Of a stretch of 64,000 nt of DNA, positions 1 to 12,380 are shown piece by piece; position 1 is the first letter of the stretch, and each line of letters begins with the position of its first letter. Both the position numbers and the translations under genes were made by a program. The notes beneath the pieces were generated by a model that was given only the letters and a program-made list of their open reading frames with translations, had not been told where the DNA came from and ran no database searches. Source of the stretch: Octopus sinensis (taxonomy: Eukaryota); assembly GCF_006345805.1 (NCBI RefSeq), contig NC_042999.1, positions 67,332,001-67,396,000 on the forward strand, written 5' to 3'.

Positions 1-52
1 CATAAAAGAAATGACTAAAATTTCGGAGTTAAGGCTCCCATTAGGGTGTTTT

Positions 53-119
<67 letters not shown>

Positions 120-124
120 TAGAT
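53..124. repeat. (GATA)n microsatellite
   Basis: Uninterrupted ATAG tetramer run seen directly. Confidence 0.95.
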
Positions 125-459
125 ATACACATACACACATACAAAGATAAATTGATAGATACAACTGAGTGGGTAAATAAAAATATGAGACACAGCCTAG
201 TGCTTTTTTATGTTGATAAGCCTAGTACTTATTCTATTTGTTTGTTCTTGTGAAACCAGTAAGTTATGTGGATGTAAATAAATGAACAGCAGTTGTGAAG
301 CAGTGATGAGGGCAAAACACAGAGACATAGACACACACATACACTTACATATATACATATATATACGATTGATTTGTTTCAGTTCCTGTCTACGAAATCC
401 ATATATATTGTTGTTCGCATCCTTTTTGTCTCGGGAGACAATGGAGTTGCGCATAAAAT

Positions 460-2115
460 AATCTAGTCCGGCTTTTACATTTCATGTCCTAATACATCTC
501 CTGCTGTGGCTGTGTAGTACTATCCTGGACAAACACTCCCTCTGGCAGGTGCCGCAAATGTAGCGAAGACTTTGCCTGGCTGATTGTAATGTCATAGTTT
601 CTTGTTGACGTCTTTTCTTGTCTTTCCATTTCTCCTCTCTCTCTATGTCACTCCTTTGTGGTCCCTCTTTTACGGTACGTCGCCAATCTCCACGGTTGCT
701 GGCAACTGCTTCCCAGTTGGTAATATTGATATAGCAGGCATTCATGTCCCTTTTGCAAACATCCTTGTATCGTAAGAACGGTCTTCCCACAGACCTAGTG
801 CTCCTAGCAAGCTCTCCGTTGAGTATGTCCTTGGGGATTCTGCCATCTTCCATACGGCTAACATGTCCAAGCCATCTAGTACGTCTTTGTGTGAGGAGTG
901 CAAACAAGCTTGTTATTCCTGCTTGCTTGAGGACATCTTTGTTGGGGACATGATTCTGCCATTTGGTGCGAAGGATTTTCCAGAGGCAGCGCAAGTGAAA
1001 GATATTTAGGTGACGCTCTTGGCGTGTGTATGGCGTCCAAGTCTCACTTCCATACAGTAGAGTGCTAAGTACACATGCCTGGTAAATCTTCATTTTTGTG
1101 GTCTTGGTCAGCTTATTGTTGTCCCATGCCCGTTTGGAGAGTTGGGCCATCACAGCAGCTGCCTTGCCAATGCGTATATTGAGCTCAGCATCATGGTTGT
1201 AGGTGACGGTAGAGCCAAGATAGGTAAACTTCTCCACCTCCTGTAGTCTGTGGTCTCCAATATGTATGTTTGGGATGTCCGATGTAGCCTGACCCATGAT
1301 GTTGGTCTTCTTGAGGCTGATAACTAAGCCAAAGTTGCCACATGCTTGCTCAAAACAGTTGATGAGCCTTTGTAGGGCTTCTTCTGTGTGTTATACCAGA
1401 GCGGCATCATCAGTAAATAGCATCTCCTTGATCAGGACGCTTCTGACTTTGGTCTTGGCACGCAGACGCGAGTGATTGAACAGTTTCCCATCACTTCTAC
1501 TGTGCAGAAATACTCCATCATCTGATGTCTGAAAGGCATGTGACAGCATCAGCGAGATGCCAAATAATGTAGGAGCAAGGACACAAACTTGCTTTACCCC
1601 ATTTTTTATTTGGAAGGCGGCTGATGTTGAACCATTGTGCTGTATAGTGCCTTGCATATCATCATGGAAAGATTTGATGATCCTCAGCAGCTTTGGTGGA
1701 CATCCGATTTTTTGGAGCAGGATGAAGAGGCCCTTTTCTACTTACCAAGTCAAACGCCTTTGTCAGATCAATGAAGGCCATATATAATGGCATTTTCTGC
1801 TTTCTGGACTTCTCCTGAAGTTGGCGTATGGAGAATATCATGTCAATAGTTGATCTGCTTCTTCTAAAGCCGCACTGCGATTCTGGATTAATTCGAGAAG
1901 CAAGCAGTTGCAGCCTGGACAGGATAATGCGAGCAGAGACCTTTCCAACAGTGCTTAGAAGAGATATTACGCGGAAATTGTTACAATCATCACGGTCACC
2001 TTTGTTTTTGTAAAGCGTAATGATGTTCGCATCCCGCATATCCTGAGGGACTTTACCCTCTTCCCAGCACTGACACAGATCTCATGAATGTGCCGAAGCA
2101 GGATGGTGTTTTTGC
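460..2115 (-). mobile_element. 5'-truncated, frameshifted RTE-clade (BovB-like) LINE: RT domain and C-terminus
   Basis: Three consecutive minus-strand ORFs (1662-2039, 1391-1657, 482-1297) with [85 protein letters not shown] and a terminal C..C..H..H motif, all typical of RTE ORFs. Confidence 0.95.
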
Positions 2116-2189
2116 ATATATATATATATATATATATATCATATATATATACATCCATATATATATATATATATATATACATATCCATA

Positions 2190-2414
2190 TACATAGAATA
2201 AAGAGGTGCTTTTGTTTCACTTTTAACACGAAATACTGAAATAGTGGAGAAGGTGTGATATTGCCCTAGCCAAGAAGTTAAACATTTTTTTTGCCCATGA
2301 CAGTACATGGACCCTATGTAAGGCATTTGTAAAATTTGAATGAAATTGGTTGTGTAGTTCTCAAGTTTTAGGGATTCAGACAGACAGACACACATTCTCA
2401 GTTTTATATATAGA
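2190..2414 (-). mobile_element. Helitron-like non-autonomous element, 5' portion
   Basis: Minus strand begins A|TCTATATATAAAACTGAGAATGTGTGTCTGTCTGTCTG, the usual TC 5' end plus (GTCT)n of invertebrate non-autonomous Helitrons. The same style of end occurs at ~60545 and ~61680. Confidence 0.5.
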
Positions 2415-2418
2415 TATA

Positions 2419-2670
<252 letters not shown>

Positions 2671-3554
2671 GGCTGCTGTATGTTCTTCTCAGGATGTCTT
2701 TCCAGTAGTTCTCTGTTCACACATGTAAACATGTGTCTCACTTAGCTACGAGCAACGCCTGTTAACGATAATGAGGAAGCTTGGTTGGTGTCATCTGCAT
2801 AAGGCCAGATGTGATTAAATGCACGATAACAATAGCAGAAGAAAACATTAGCAATTACGAAGTGCAGAGTCTCAATGGGCCGCATTGCTCATATACATGT
2901 TGCCATGGGGACCTGCATATTTTAAAACATGTTCGCAACATAGGTTTCCTTCATATCAATTATTATTAAGTAGAAAACCTCTTATTTGCTCATTAATAAT
3001 CCTATTTTCATTAATTAAATTACTATTAATTATTTTTATCATTAAAAATATTTTGGGGCTTCCCCATTTTTAAACCTCTTGCGGGACGTACTTGTGTTTG
3101 AGAAGGGCTGCATGTTTGACATGCCTGTGTTGGATAACGTAATCTAGAAAGAAGACGGAATAGGTCATCACTGCAATGCTGCTTTCAATGATTGATTTGG
3201 TCGATCAAGGCTAACTTGAGACATCAATGACAGCAGTCGGTTATTTGATCCGATGTCAACTCAGCGATCGAAACTGCAGTACTTAATCTCCCGTCAGTTA
3301 CTCTAATAAAGGAGTTTAATATACAACAACCTAAGCATCTGCTGCAGGAGATAAACCCGCTCCCGCAAGAAAAAAAGAAATCAACAAGTTGAGGCACAAA
3401 CATGGCTGTGTGATTAAGACGATCTCAGTGCAATCATGAAGTTTCGAGCTCAGCTTCACTGCGCGGCACCTTAGGCATGCGTCTTCTATAGCTCCGGATC
3501 GACTAAAGCTTTGTCAATGGATTTGGTATGCAGAAACTATGAGGAATCCCGTTA

Positions 3555-4083
3555 TGTGTACGTCGCTTCTATTTTTTAATTATCATAAATCATCCACCGA
3601 GGAGGGAGCCGGTTTCCAACAAAGATACAAGGCTCCATCTTTGAGATGTAGTTAACACAAACAAATAAGCCTGTGTGTCTCTTCTATTTTTAAATTATTA
3701 TATATATCTACCACTGAAGGAGGGAGCCGGTTTCCAAGAAAGATACAAGGTTCCATCTTTGGGCTGTAGTTAACACATACAAATTCACATTTGTAACTTG
3801 AGAAAAGTCTTGCATATTTTTACTGTTCCACTCACAGATTGCACTTGTAATGTACGAGTCAGCCGATCGATTTCTCTTTCTGAAAATCCTAGTTTATCCA
3901 GATTCTCCTTTAAGCATTTACTAACAAAACCTAGTGCTCCAATTATTATTGATTTGAATATGAATTCATAATCTGGATATAGAAGCTGGAGGTTTCGAAC
4001 CAGGAGCCCATTGATATCTTTTTTTCCTTTGATTTACAAAACGATATTTACATCTGCAGGGTAGCTGATCTCTATAATGGTAC
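3555..4083 (-). mobile_element. 3' fragment of an RLE-type non-LTR retrotransposon with a tandemly duplicated 3' UTR
   Basis: Manual translation gives TIIEISYPADVNIVL*IKGKKDINGLLVRNLQLLYPDYEF..IIIGALG..LDKLGF..LQVQSVSGTVKICKTFLKLQM*, an RLE C-terminus pattern (E..P.D, IGALG, GT..I.K). A ~120-bp 3' UTR unit occurs twice (3555-3780). Confidence 0.75.
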
Positions 4084-4105
4084 ATACATATGTATGTATG
4101 TATGT

Positions 4106-4217
4106 CATTATTCAGTTTATTTCAAGATTTCTAGCCAATAGTGAAAGAACCGGTTTCTAACATAGACTCAAGGTTCCTTCATTGGAATTTCGACATCAAC
4201 AATAGGGTATTTTTGCT
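4106..4217 (-). mobile_element. Short 3'-end fragment embedded in (CATA)n; same family as 49748-49858
   Basis: AAAAATACCCT..GTTGA..GAAATT..AGAAACCGG..TATTGGC..TTGAAATAAA(A)CTGAATAAT is shared with 49748-49858. It is flanked on both sides by (TATG)n. Confidence 0.6.
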
Positions 4218-4517
4218 TGTATGTATGTATGTATGTATGTATGTATGTATGTATGTATGTATGTATGTATGTATGTATGTATGTATGTATGTATGCATGT
4301 ATGTATGTATGTATGTATGTATATATGTATGTATGCATGTATATATAAACTAGCACTTTGTCGGTTACGAAGACGAGTGTTCCAGCCGATCCGATCAACG
4401 GAACAGTCGACTCGGGAAATTAATTTGCAAGTCTCCAAGAATCGTACTCGTGAATTTGGGATCGTGATCAGAATACCCCTAACAACCGTCCACGCGCCTT
4501 CACTAAAAATATATCTT

Positions 4518-4678
4518 AGGCGCTGGAGTGGCTGCATGGTAAGTAGCTTTCTTACCAACCACATGGTTCTGGGTTCAGTCCCACAGCGTGGAACCTTAGG
4601 CAAGTATCTTCTGCTATAGCTTCGAGCCGACCAAAGCCTTATAAGTGGATTTGGTAAACGAAAACTGAAAGAAGCCCG

Positions 4679-4777
<99 letters not shown>

Positions 4778-5026
4778 TGTGGGTGGGTGGGTGTTGGTGT
4801 GTGAGTGTGTGTGCGTGTGTACGTCTGAGTTTGTCTCCACCCACCATTGCTTAACAACCGATGTTGGTGTGTCTACGTCCCCGTAACTTAGCGGTTCGGC
4901 AAAAGACACCGATAGAATAAGTACTAGGCTTACAAAGAATAAGTTCTGGGGTCGATTTGTTCGACTAAAGCCGGTGCTCCATCATGACCGCAGTCAAATA
5001 ACCGAAACAAATAAAAGAGTAAAAGA
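4518..5026 (+). mobile_element. SINE family A, full bipartite copy (tRNA-like head + CORE-like segment, internal (TA)n(TG)n, ~230-bp 3' module)
   Basis: A box TGGCTG..TGGTAAG, B box GGTTC.GGGTTCAGTCCC, and ACCTT.GGCAAGT resembling the MIR/CORE motif. Many further copies lie in the window. Resembles the octopus OR-type CORE-SINEs (from memory). Confidence 0.9.
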
Positions 5027-5133
5027 CTATATGTTTGTGTGCACGCACGTGTCTGTGAGTGTGTAGGTGTATGTGCGTGGATGCATGTATGAGCGCGCGT
5101 GTATGTATATATGTATATTCATATATACGTACG

Positions 5134-5208
<75 letters not shown>

Positions 5209-5471
5209 GTATGTACCTACGTATGTATACATATATGCATGCACGTATGTGTATATGTTTCGCAGATCGTACATGTGTTTGAGAAGGGCTGCATGTTTGA
5301 CATGCCTGTGTTGGGTAACGTAATCTAGAAAGAAGAGGCAATGGAAGGTCATCACTGCAATACCCCGAGGCTACTGTTGAAGACACTTGCCCAAGGTGTC
5401 ACGCAGTGGGACTGTACTTGAGGTTGGGAAGCAAGCTTCTTACCACACAAGCATGCTTGCGCCTTAGGGTG

Positions 5472-5540
5472 AAATGCTTACAGCACCTAGGTTTCCCAAG
5501 CGGTCACCCATCCAATTACTAACTAGGATTAACGTAGCTG
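5472..5540 (-). pseudogene. 5S rRNA 3'-half fragment (pseudogene or SINE3 head relic)
   Basis: Minus strand CCTAGTTAGTAATTGGATGGGTGACCGCTTGGGAAACCTAGGTGCTGTAAGCATTT aligns with the metazoan 5S 3' half CCTGGTTAGTACTTGGATGGGAGACCGCCTGGGAATACCGGGTGCTGTAGGCTTT. The 5' half is absent. Confidence 0.8.
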
Positions 5541-5559
5541 TATATTATTATTATGCATG

Positions 5560-5810
5560 TATCATAACAATGTAGATGCGAGCAAATATAGACATTGTCT
5601 GAGCCCTTCACAGAACATCTTGAGTGTGAGAGCGGAAAGGAGTAAAAACTACACCAGCAGCCGGTTGGAACTAAATTATAGTTAAAATACATGGGGCGAT
5701 GTGAAATAAAGAACTTTGTGCAACAGTACGACATGTGACCCTGTCCAGAAATCGAACCTGCTATCTCATGATAGTGAACCAAGCACTCTAACCACTCATC
5801 CACGCATCTT
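5560..5810 (-). mobile_element. tRNA-headed SINE-like element, degenerate
   Basis: Minus strand GGATGAGTGGTTAGAG...GCAGGTTCGATTTCTGG gives A and B boxes, followed by a non-tRNA body. Confidence 0.55.
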
Positions 5811-6088
5811 TACAAACATATATTCATACATATGCTTGTGTGTGTTAGCACACACACACACATTAGTAGCAGGACCTACATTCTTCTCCATATCCAGTGT
5901 GGTACGACGCCAAGCATCAAACCACAGACAGAACAGGTGATTGTGTGGAATATGGGCCACTAGTATTCATAAAATACAGAAATCATTTTTGGTATTTTAT
6001 GCTTTAGAAAGTACCATATATGGTTTTTGTATTTTATTAATACAATGCTTATATATATACAAACATACATACATACATATATGTATAT

Positions 6089-6179
<91 letters not shown>

Positions 6180-6493
6180 CATACATTTTAACTTGAGTTT
6201 TCTGCTGTATGCGACAAGCTACAGAGAAACGCCAGAATGTATTCTAATCGAAATAAACGAAACGGAGTTTAAAGAACAAAGTACCTTTTGACTCGTCACC
6301 TGACGAGGAACGTCTTCACGGAATGATGCACCACAATTATTTGTACAGAATCTCATCCGCGAGAAACCGATGCCCGACAGGTCGAAACAATCATAGTAAT
6401 CAATAAAGAATTCTGATGATGACATCAGGTAGCCGAATACAGAGAACTGGCTTTAAACGGCATGCTACAAGGTGTATACCCAAAATTAAAATT

Positions 6494-6609
<116 letters not shown>

Positions 6610-6619
6610 TTAAAAATTA

Positions 6620-6714
<95 letters not shown>

Positions 6715-7583
6715 GTATATACATGCGATTCATCATTTCATCATCTGAGTTTGAGTGTTTTCATACAAGAAGTATCAAGATAAGTACCCGCTTCTGCGTT
6801 GTTTTCAATTTTAAATACTCACTTAACGCCGATAGTGATATATGCACGTAATCCAGTAAAGAAAATTGTTAAATGACCCAAATCGTTTGATACGAGACTG
6901 GTGTACAAACATCCACCAGACTTGCGAGATTAGTAGCAATCTGTCACTTTTAACAACACACAGCGCACGCTCAAATGTCCACGATATCACCCTTCACTCC
7001 TATTTAACTTTCCTTATACAGGCGTCATCCGCATGCCCTCTAAGCACTAGATGTGAAGATACAGCTTAATGGGAACAGGACACCCAAATCTCTTTTTAAC
7101 AGTGCAAATATACAACCACCATACATATCAGCATATCAAAGAAGCTTCTTGTACGTAACCCTTTCAGTTGCATGAACAATGCATAACTCAAACTATGAAA
7201 ATCAGCACAAATGCCAGGATTCGCACACAATAACTGATGTATCGTGACGATCACTCCCAGCAAAAATACAAAACCTTATTAAATGTTAGATAATTATACT
7301 TGATTGGAGCTGCGGCGGTGTTCGTCCAAAACAGTGACTTCACCGACATCGTACACCACACAAATATATGTATGTGTAAGCATGCTTGTGTATATTCTAT
7401 ACATGTAAATGTATGCATATATATATATAGTAATTAAGGTGGCGAAACACAGTCGAAAAACCAAAAAGGAAATAATTCACCGTCACTGTTTAGCTACAGT
7501 GAATTATTTCCTGATGTGTGTGTGTGTGCATGTGTAGACACACTTATATACATATATATTGTGGGGCGCACGCCCTCTCTCTT

Positions 7584-7656
<73 letters not shown>

Positions 7657-7980
7657 TATATATATATGTATGTATAGTTTACTTGTGGGTTAACAAGGCA
7701 ACCAGTTGTTTCATGCGAAGGTGTCTTCACAACTGTTCATGCATACCACAAGGTAGTGTTAGCATTCATCTCCATTTTCGATATTTGAAAAAAATGAATA
7801 GGAATCGTTTTTCTGATGTTGTTTTCCACTTTGATAATTAGATGTTTATAAATCATTAGTGTTTACAAATTGATTTGTAAACATCTTAGTGTTAAAGTGG
7901 AAAAAATTATCAGAAATGCCATTCCTATTAATTTTTTCAAATATATAATACTGTACCAAGGAATTTCTACTTCTAATTAC

Positions 7981-8222
7981 ACACACGCATGCACGCACGC
8001 ACACGCACGCACGCACACGCACGCACGCACACGCACGCACGCACACGCACGCACGCACACGCACGCACGCACACGCACACGCACGCACGCACGCACGCAC
8101 GCACACGCACGCACGCACACGCACGCACGCACGCACACGCACGCACGCACACGCACGCACGCACGCACACACACGCACGCACACGCACGCACGCTCGCAC
8201 GCGCACACACACACACACATAC
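7981..8222. repeat. (GCAC)n/(AC)n compound microsatellite
   Basis: ~240 bp of ACGC/ACAC units. It explains ORFs 7846-8348. Confidence 0.95.
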
Positions 8223-8370
8223 ACAGGGGATTCTTTCAGTTTCCGTTTACCACATCCACGCAATGTGCCACGCAGTGAGACTGAACCCAGAATAGTATTC
8301 TTGAGAATTCAACTTCTTACTCCCACAGCCACGTCTGCGCATATATAGATATACAAAGTATATACTAGTA

Positions 8371-8450
<80 letters not shown>

Positions 8451-8552
8451 GATAGATAGATAAACAGATAGATATATACATGCATACATACATACACAAA
8501 TAAGCTAGTATTCACATATATACAGATATATATGAATTTACATATAAATATG

Positions 8553-8622
<70 letters not shown>

Positions 8623-8625
8623 TGT

Positions 8626-8732
8626 ATATAAATACAGTGTACATTTAAACACAGAAGAGGTAACCATCATAGGAAACGTGGTTTAATATGATGGTTACTT
8701 CTTATGTGTTTAAATGTACACTGTATTTATAT
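8626..8732. other. Near-perfect 46-bp inverted repeat (hairpin) with 15-nt loop
   Basis: Arms 8626-8671 and 8687-8732 differ at only 2 positions. Confidence 0.9.
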
Positions 8733-8851
8733 GAATAATATATAGTCGATTGACTAATTTTTTCTACACGCTAGGCCACTGGTAGTAAAAATTTCCAAAA
8801 TTTTTTCTTACCCTGATATTATAATATATGTATATATTATATATATATGTG

Positions 8852-8912
<61 letters not shown>

Positions 8913-9356
8913 GCATACATGCATGCATATTTTCATACATGCATACATACATGCATACATGCATACATACATACATACATATATACATACATACAGACAT
9001 ACGTGTATATATATGTGTGTGTGTTTGTGTGTGTATCCCTAAATATGTGTTCGTATATGTACACATATATGAATGAGTGTGTTTGCGTGTGTGTGTGTGT
9101 ATGTGTGAATACGCGTGTCTCCATACTCAAAAGGCCTCATGTAATATTTTGGAACCAGCAAAAAAAAAATTGGCTGAATTTCGATAGACTTCAAACCCCC
9201 TTTGAAGTAAAAACATCAAGTAACACCATCACCCATGGGACTTTTGTATGTCCACGCGCCCACGTGTGAGATTATATCAATATATAAATTATATGCACAC
9301 AAGCAAAACAATATATACGGCATACATAAGATGCATATAAATAAGTAAATTTATTG

Positions 9357-9387
<31 letters not shown>

Positions 9388-9404
9388 AAGACATATATAT
9401 ATAC

Positions 9405-9459
<55 letters not shown>

Positions 9460-10063
9460 ACGTATAGTCACACACACATATTCACATATGCGTTCATAAG
9501 CCCAACTTCTAGAGGTTTTAACGTATTCATTTTGCATAGTTTTCTCCTCCGCCATGTTTTGTCGTTCAGCATAAACGTTATGTCTGATATAACCTTTGGC
9601 ACCATGAAACTGCACAACACCGATGCACTTCACACTTGGCATTAATGATAGGAATTAACCAAGTCCTCAGAGACTTATCTCCACTTCCATTTGTTTTTCC
9701 ATATTTTTTTGCTGTCAGTATGCCTGTCTGTGTCTGTCTGTCTGACTCCCTCTGTATAGATGTGCGTGTGTGCGTTTCTATGTGTGCGTGTGTATGTGCG
9801 TGTGAGTATTGTGTGTGTGTGCGTGTGAGTATTGTGTGTGTGTGCGTGTGAGTATTGTGTGTGTGTGTGAGAGTGCCCCATTTTCTTTCTCTCCCTACCA
9901 CCCACTGTCAGAACAAACCGTTTCACTCTTTTAGACTATCCTTAATTCATCTATATATCTATCTGTCTGTGTATTTGTCAGTCTATCTCTGTACGCGTGT
10001 GTGTATCTGTACACACACACACACACACATATGACCACACATACACACATATACATATATAGG

Positions 10064-10151
<88 letters not shown>

Positions 10152-10158
10152 GTATATA

Positions 10159-10210
<52 letters not shown>

Positions 10211-10292
10211 TATTATATGGATATATATGTGCGTATATGCACATACATAAATCATACATACGTGCATACAAACTTCTCTCTGTATATTCTCC

Positions 10293-10351
<59 letters not shown>

Positions 10352-10352
10352 A

Positions 10353-10383
<31 letters not shown>

Positions 10384-10509
10384 ATGTATGTATGTATGTA
10401 TGTATGTATATATGTATATCCCCAAAGAATACAGATTTCTTTCTTTCACCTGGTGAACCATTGTAATTCGTGTTTGGTTTATATTTGATCGATTGTCTTG
10501 TATGACTAC

Positions 10510-10962
10510 AAGAATGGTGCTGCAGCTGTTGCTGCTGCTGTTTATACTATTATCCTTGATGTTGTTGTTGCTGTTGAGCGAACGGTCTTCGTCCCAGAGC
10601 TCGCAAGATGGGAGAAGTCCGAAACGTGGTTCTTTGCTATTCGTAAGACCTGCAGAAGAGAAAGCAGGTCAATCCCCGACACCGAGAGCATCGACGGATG
10701 GATGAATGTGCATCCAGGCTCAGCAGTTGCGTAGGAAGTCGGGGACAACAAATAAGAAGAAAGAGTGAGAGAAAGTTGGGGCGAAAGAGTACAATAGGGC
10801 GACCCCTAACCCTAACCCTAACCCTACCACCCCTGCCGGAGCCTCGTGGTGCTTTAGGTGTTTTCGCTCAATAAACACACACAACGCCCGGTCTGGGAAT
10901 CGAAACCGCGATCCTCCGACCGCGAGTCCGCTGCCCTAACCACTGGGCCATTGCGCCTCCAC
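10510..10962 (-). mobile_element. SINE family C (tRNA head) with long tail ending in (CAA)n/(CAG)n
   Basis: Head GGAGGCGCAATGGCCCAGTGGTTAGGGCAGCGGACTCGCGG..GGTTTCGATTCCC is shared with 42961-43080. The tail ends in a trinucleotide repeat, as RTE-mobilised SINEs do. Confidence 0.8.
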
Positions 10963-10989
10963 TAGTGTTGGCGTTGGTAGTGATGGTTG

Positions 10990-11700
10990 TGGTAGTGGTT
11001 GAGGCCTCTTAGCGTAAGGGAATATACAATACGAAAAGAAGCGGCCTATAAATTCAAAAGATGTTGATTGATTGAAATCTTAAAAGATTGAATATCATAG
11101 AGAAGAGGGAAACAGGACAATGGTAGTGAGTTCCAGAGGGCATCAGTTCGAGGAAATAAGCTATTAAAATAAAAGGGCTTGTGACTAACAAGAAACGCAA
11201 CAGATACGATGTGTCTTGGAAGAGAAGCAGGTAACAGGTCTGAAGGTCTTGATAAAATGTACTAGACTAGAGAGTTCATTAGGGCAAAGTCTATAGAAAT
11301 ACTTATAGAAATATTTATAGAAAAGACACAACAAAGATAAATTTCGACGGTGAACTAAAGACTCCAACTTAGTGGAAAGAAGACCCACCTTTCTGACAAC
11401 TTGATACTGAATTCGCTGAAGTCATGTAATAACACTTAGAGGAGGCACCAGCCCAAAGATAACAGCAATATTCAATGTGAAATCGAATGATAGCCTTATA
11501 GAGATATAAGATACAGTCAGGCGTAAGAAATTTGCCTGCATGGAAGAGAGACCCGACGTTCTTGGCGGTTGAAATGGCAATAGAATAAACAGATTTGTTC
11601 CAAGAGAGATCCTTGGGACAAGACAAGAAGTCGGATGCTGTTGTTTTCTGGGAGTGTGGGTGTTTCGTGTGAACTGGGAATTTTATGCAGGAGATTAGTT
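10990..11700 (-). mobile_element. CR1/Jockey-group (Zenon-like) LINE 3' fragment, frameshifted
   Basis: LYLYKAIIRFHIEYCCYLWAGAS, SLVHRRNLSLLCLFYKYF and FPRTDALWNSLP motifs on the minus strand. Confidence 0.8.
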
Positions 11701-11702
11701 TG

Positions 11703-12020
11703 TAGTGTTGTATGAAGAACTTTGGGATCAACCCTGACACCTGGGAAACGCAAGTGCAAGATTGCTCTACCTGGAGAAGCTGCACCAACAAAGGCGCCAC
11801 CTCCTACGAACAGAACAAGATTGCAGGGGTAGAAAGAAAACGCGAACAGCGCAAGTTCAGGGCCAACTTCTCGTCTTCAGTCCCAGCCGACCACCAGTGT
11901 CCGACCTGCAGCAGAGCTTTCCAAATATGCTTCAGACAGATCGACCACAGCCGGACACACTATGCCCCGTCTTCTCCCACATGACATCCTTAGTTATCAT
12001 CGACAATGATGGATGAACTA
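11703..12020 (+). mobile_element. RTE-clade LINE 3' end
   Basis: KNFGINPDTWE...WRSC.NKGA..YEQ.KI...KREQRK...CPTC.R...H.RTH, followed by an RTE-type 3' UTR (ATCATCGACAATGATGGATGAACT). Confidence 0.85.
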
Positions 12021-12126
12021 ATGACACTGTTCTATAGAATATGTTCTTTGCTATATAGAATGGTAGTCTTTATATATTGTGTAGTATTTAGAAATATATA
12101 TATATATATATTAGTATATAGTATTT

Positions 12127-12183
<57 letters not shown>

Positions 12184-12197
12184 ATATGTATGTATAA

Positions 12198-12380
12198 AGG
12201 GAAAGTTCACGAAAATAAACAAAAGACGAAGATAGGTGGTGTACAAAACAAACAGATGTATTAGTATAACGCTCAGGAATAGAAAGTCTTTTACGTTTCG
12301 AACCTACGCTCTTGTACAGAAAGGGACACAGAAAAAACAAGGAGAGAAAGAAATGTGTGAAGTGGCTAACGATCTATCAT
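12198..12380 (-). mobile_element. ~190-bp hammerhead-motif element (family H1), degenerate core
   Basis: Homologous to 34288-34480, 45205-45392 and 61690-61895. Minus strand CTTT-CTGTACA-A-GAGCGTAGGTTC-GAAAC-GTA-AAAG. Confidence 0.75.

Noticed and set aside
2787-2801. Minus-strand YADDT motif suggesting an RT fragment
   Set aside because: The flanking frames show no other RT motifs; a 5-residue match is expected by chance.
4518-4600. tRNA-like sequences (also 10900-10962, 12808-12880, 42961-43030, 44875-44945)
   Set aside because: They have A/B boxes but no complete cloverleaf and continue into repeated SINE bodies. They are SINE heads, not tRNA genes.
6290-6430. CTGACGA / CTGATGA and TCGAAAC motifs (similar partial motifs at 22697-22890 and 23330-23355)
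   Set aside because: I could not close stems I-III around a complete core. They may be decayed Penelope-type termini but are not supportable as ribozymes.
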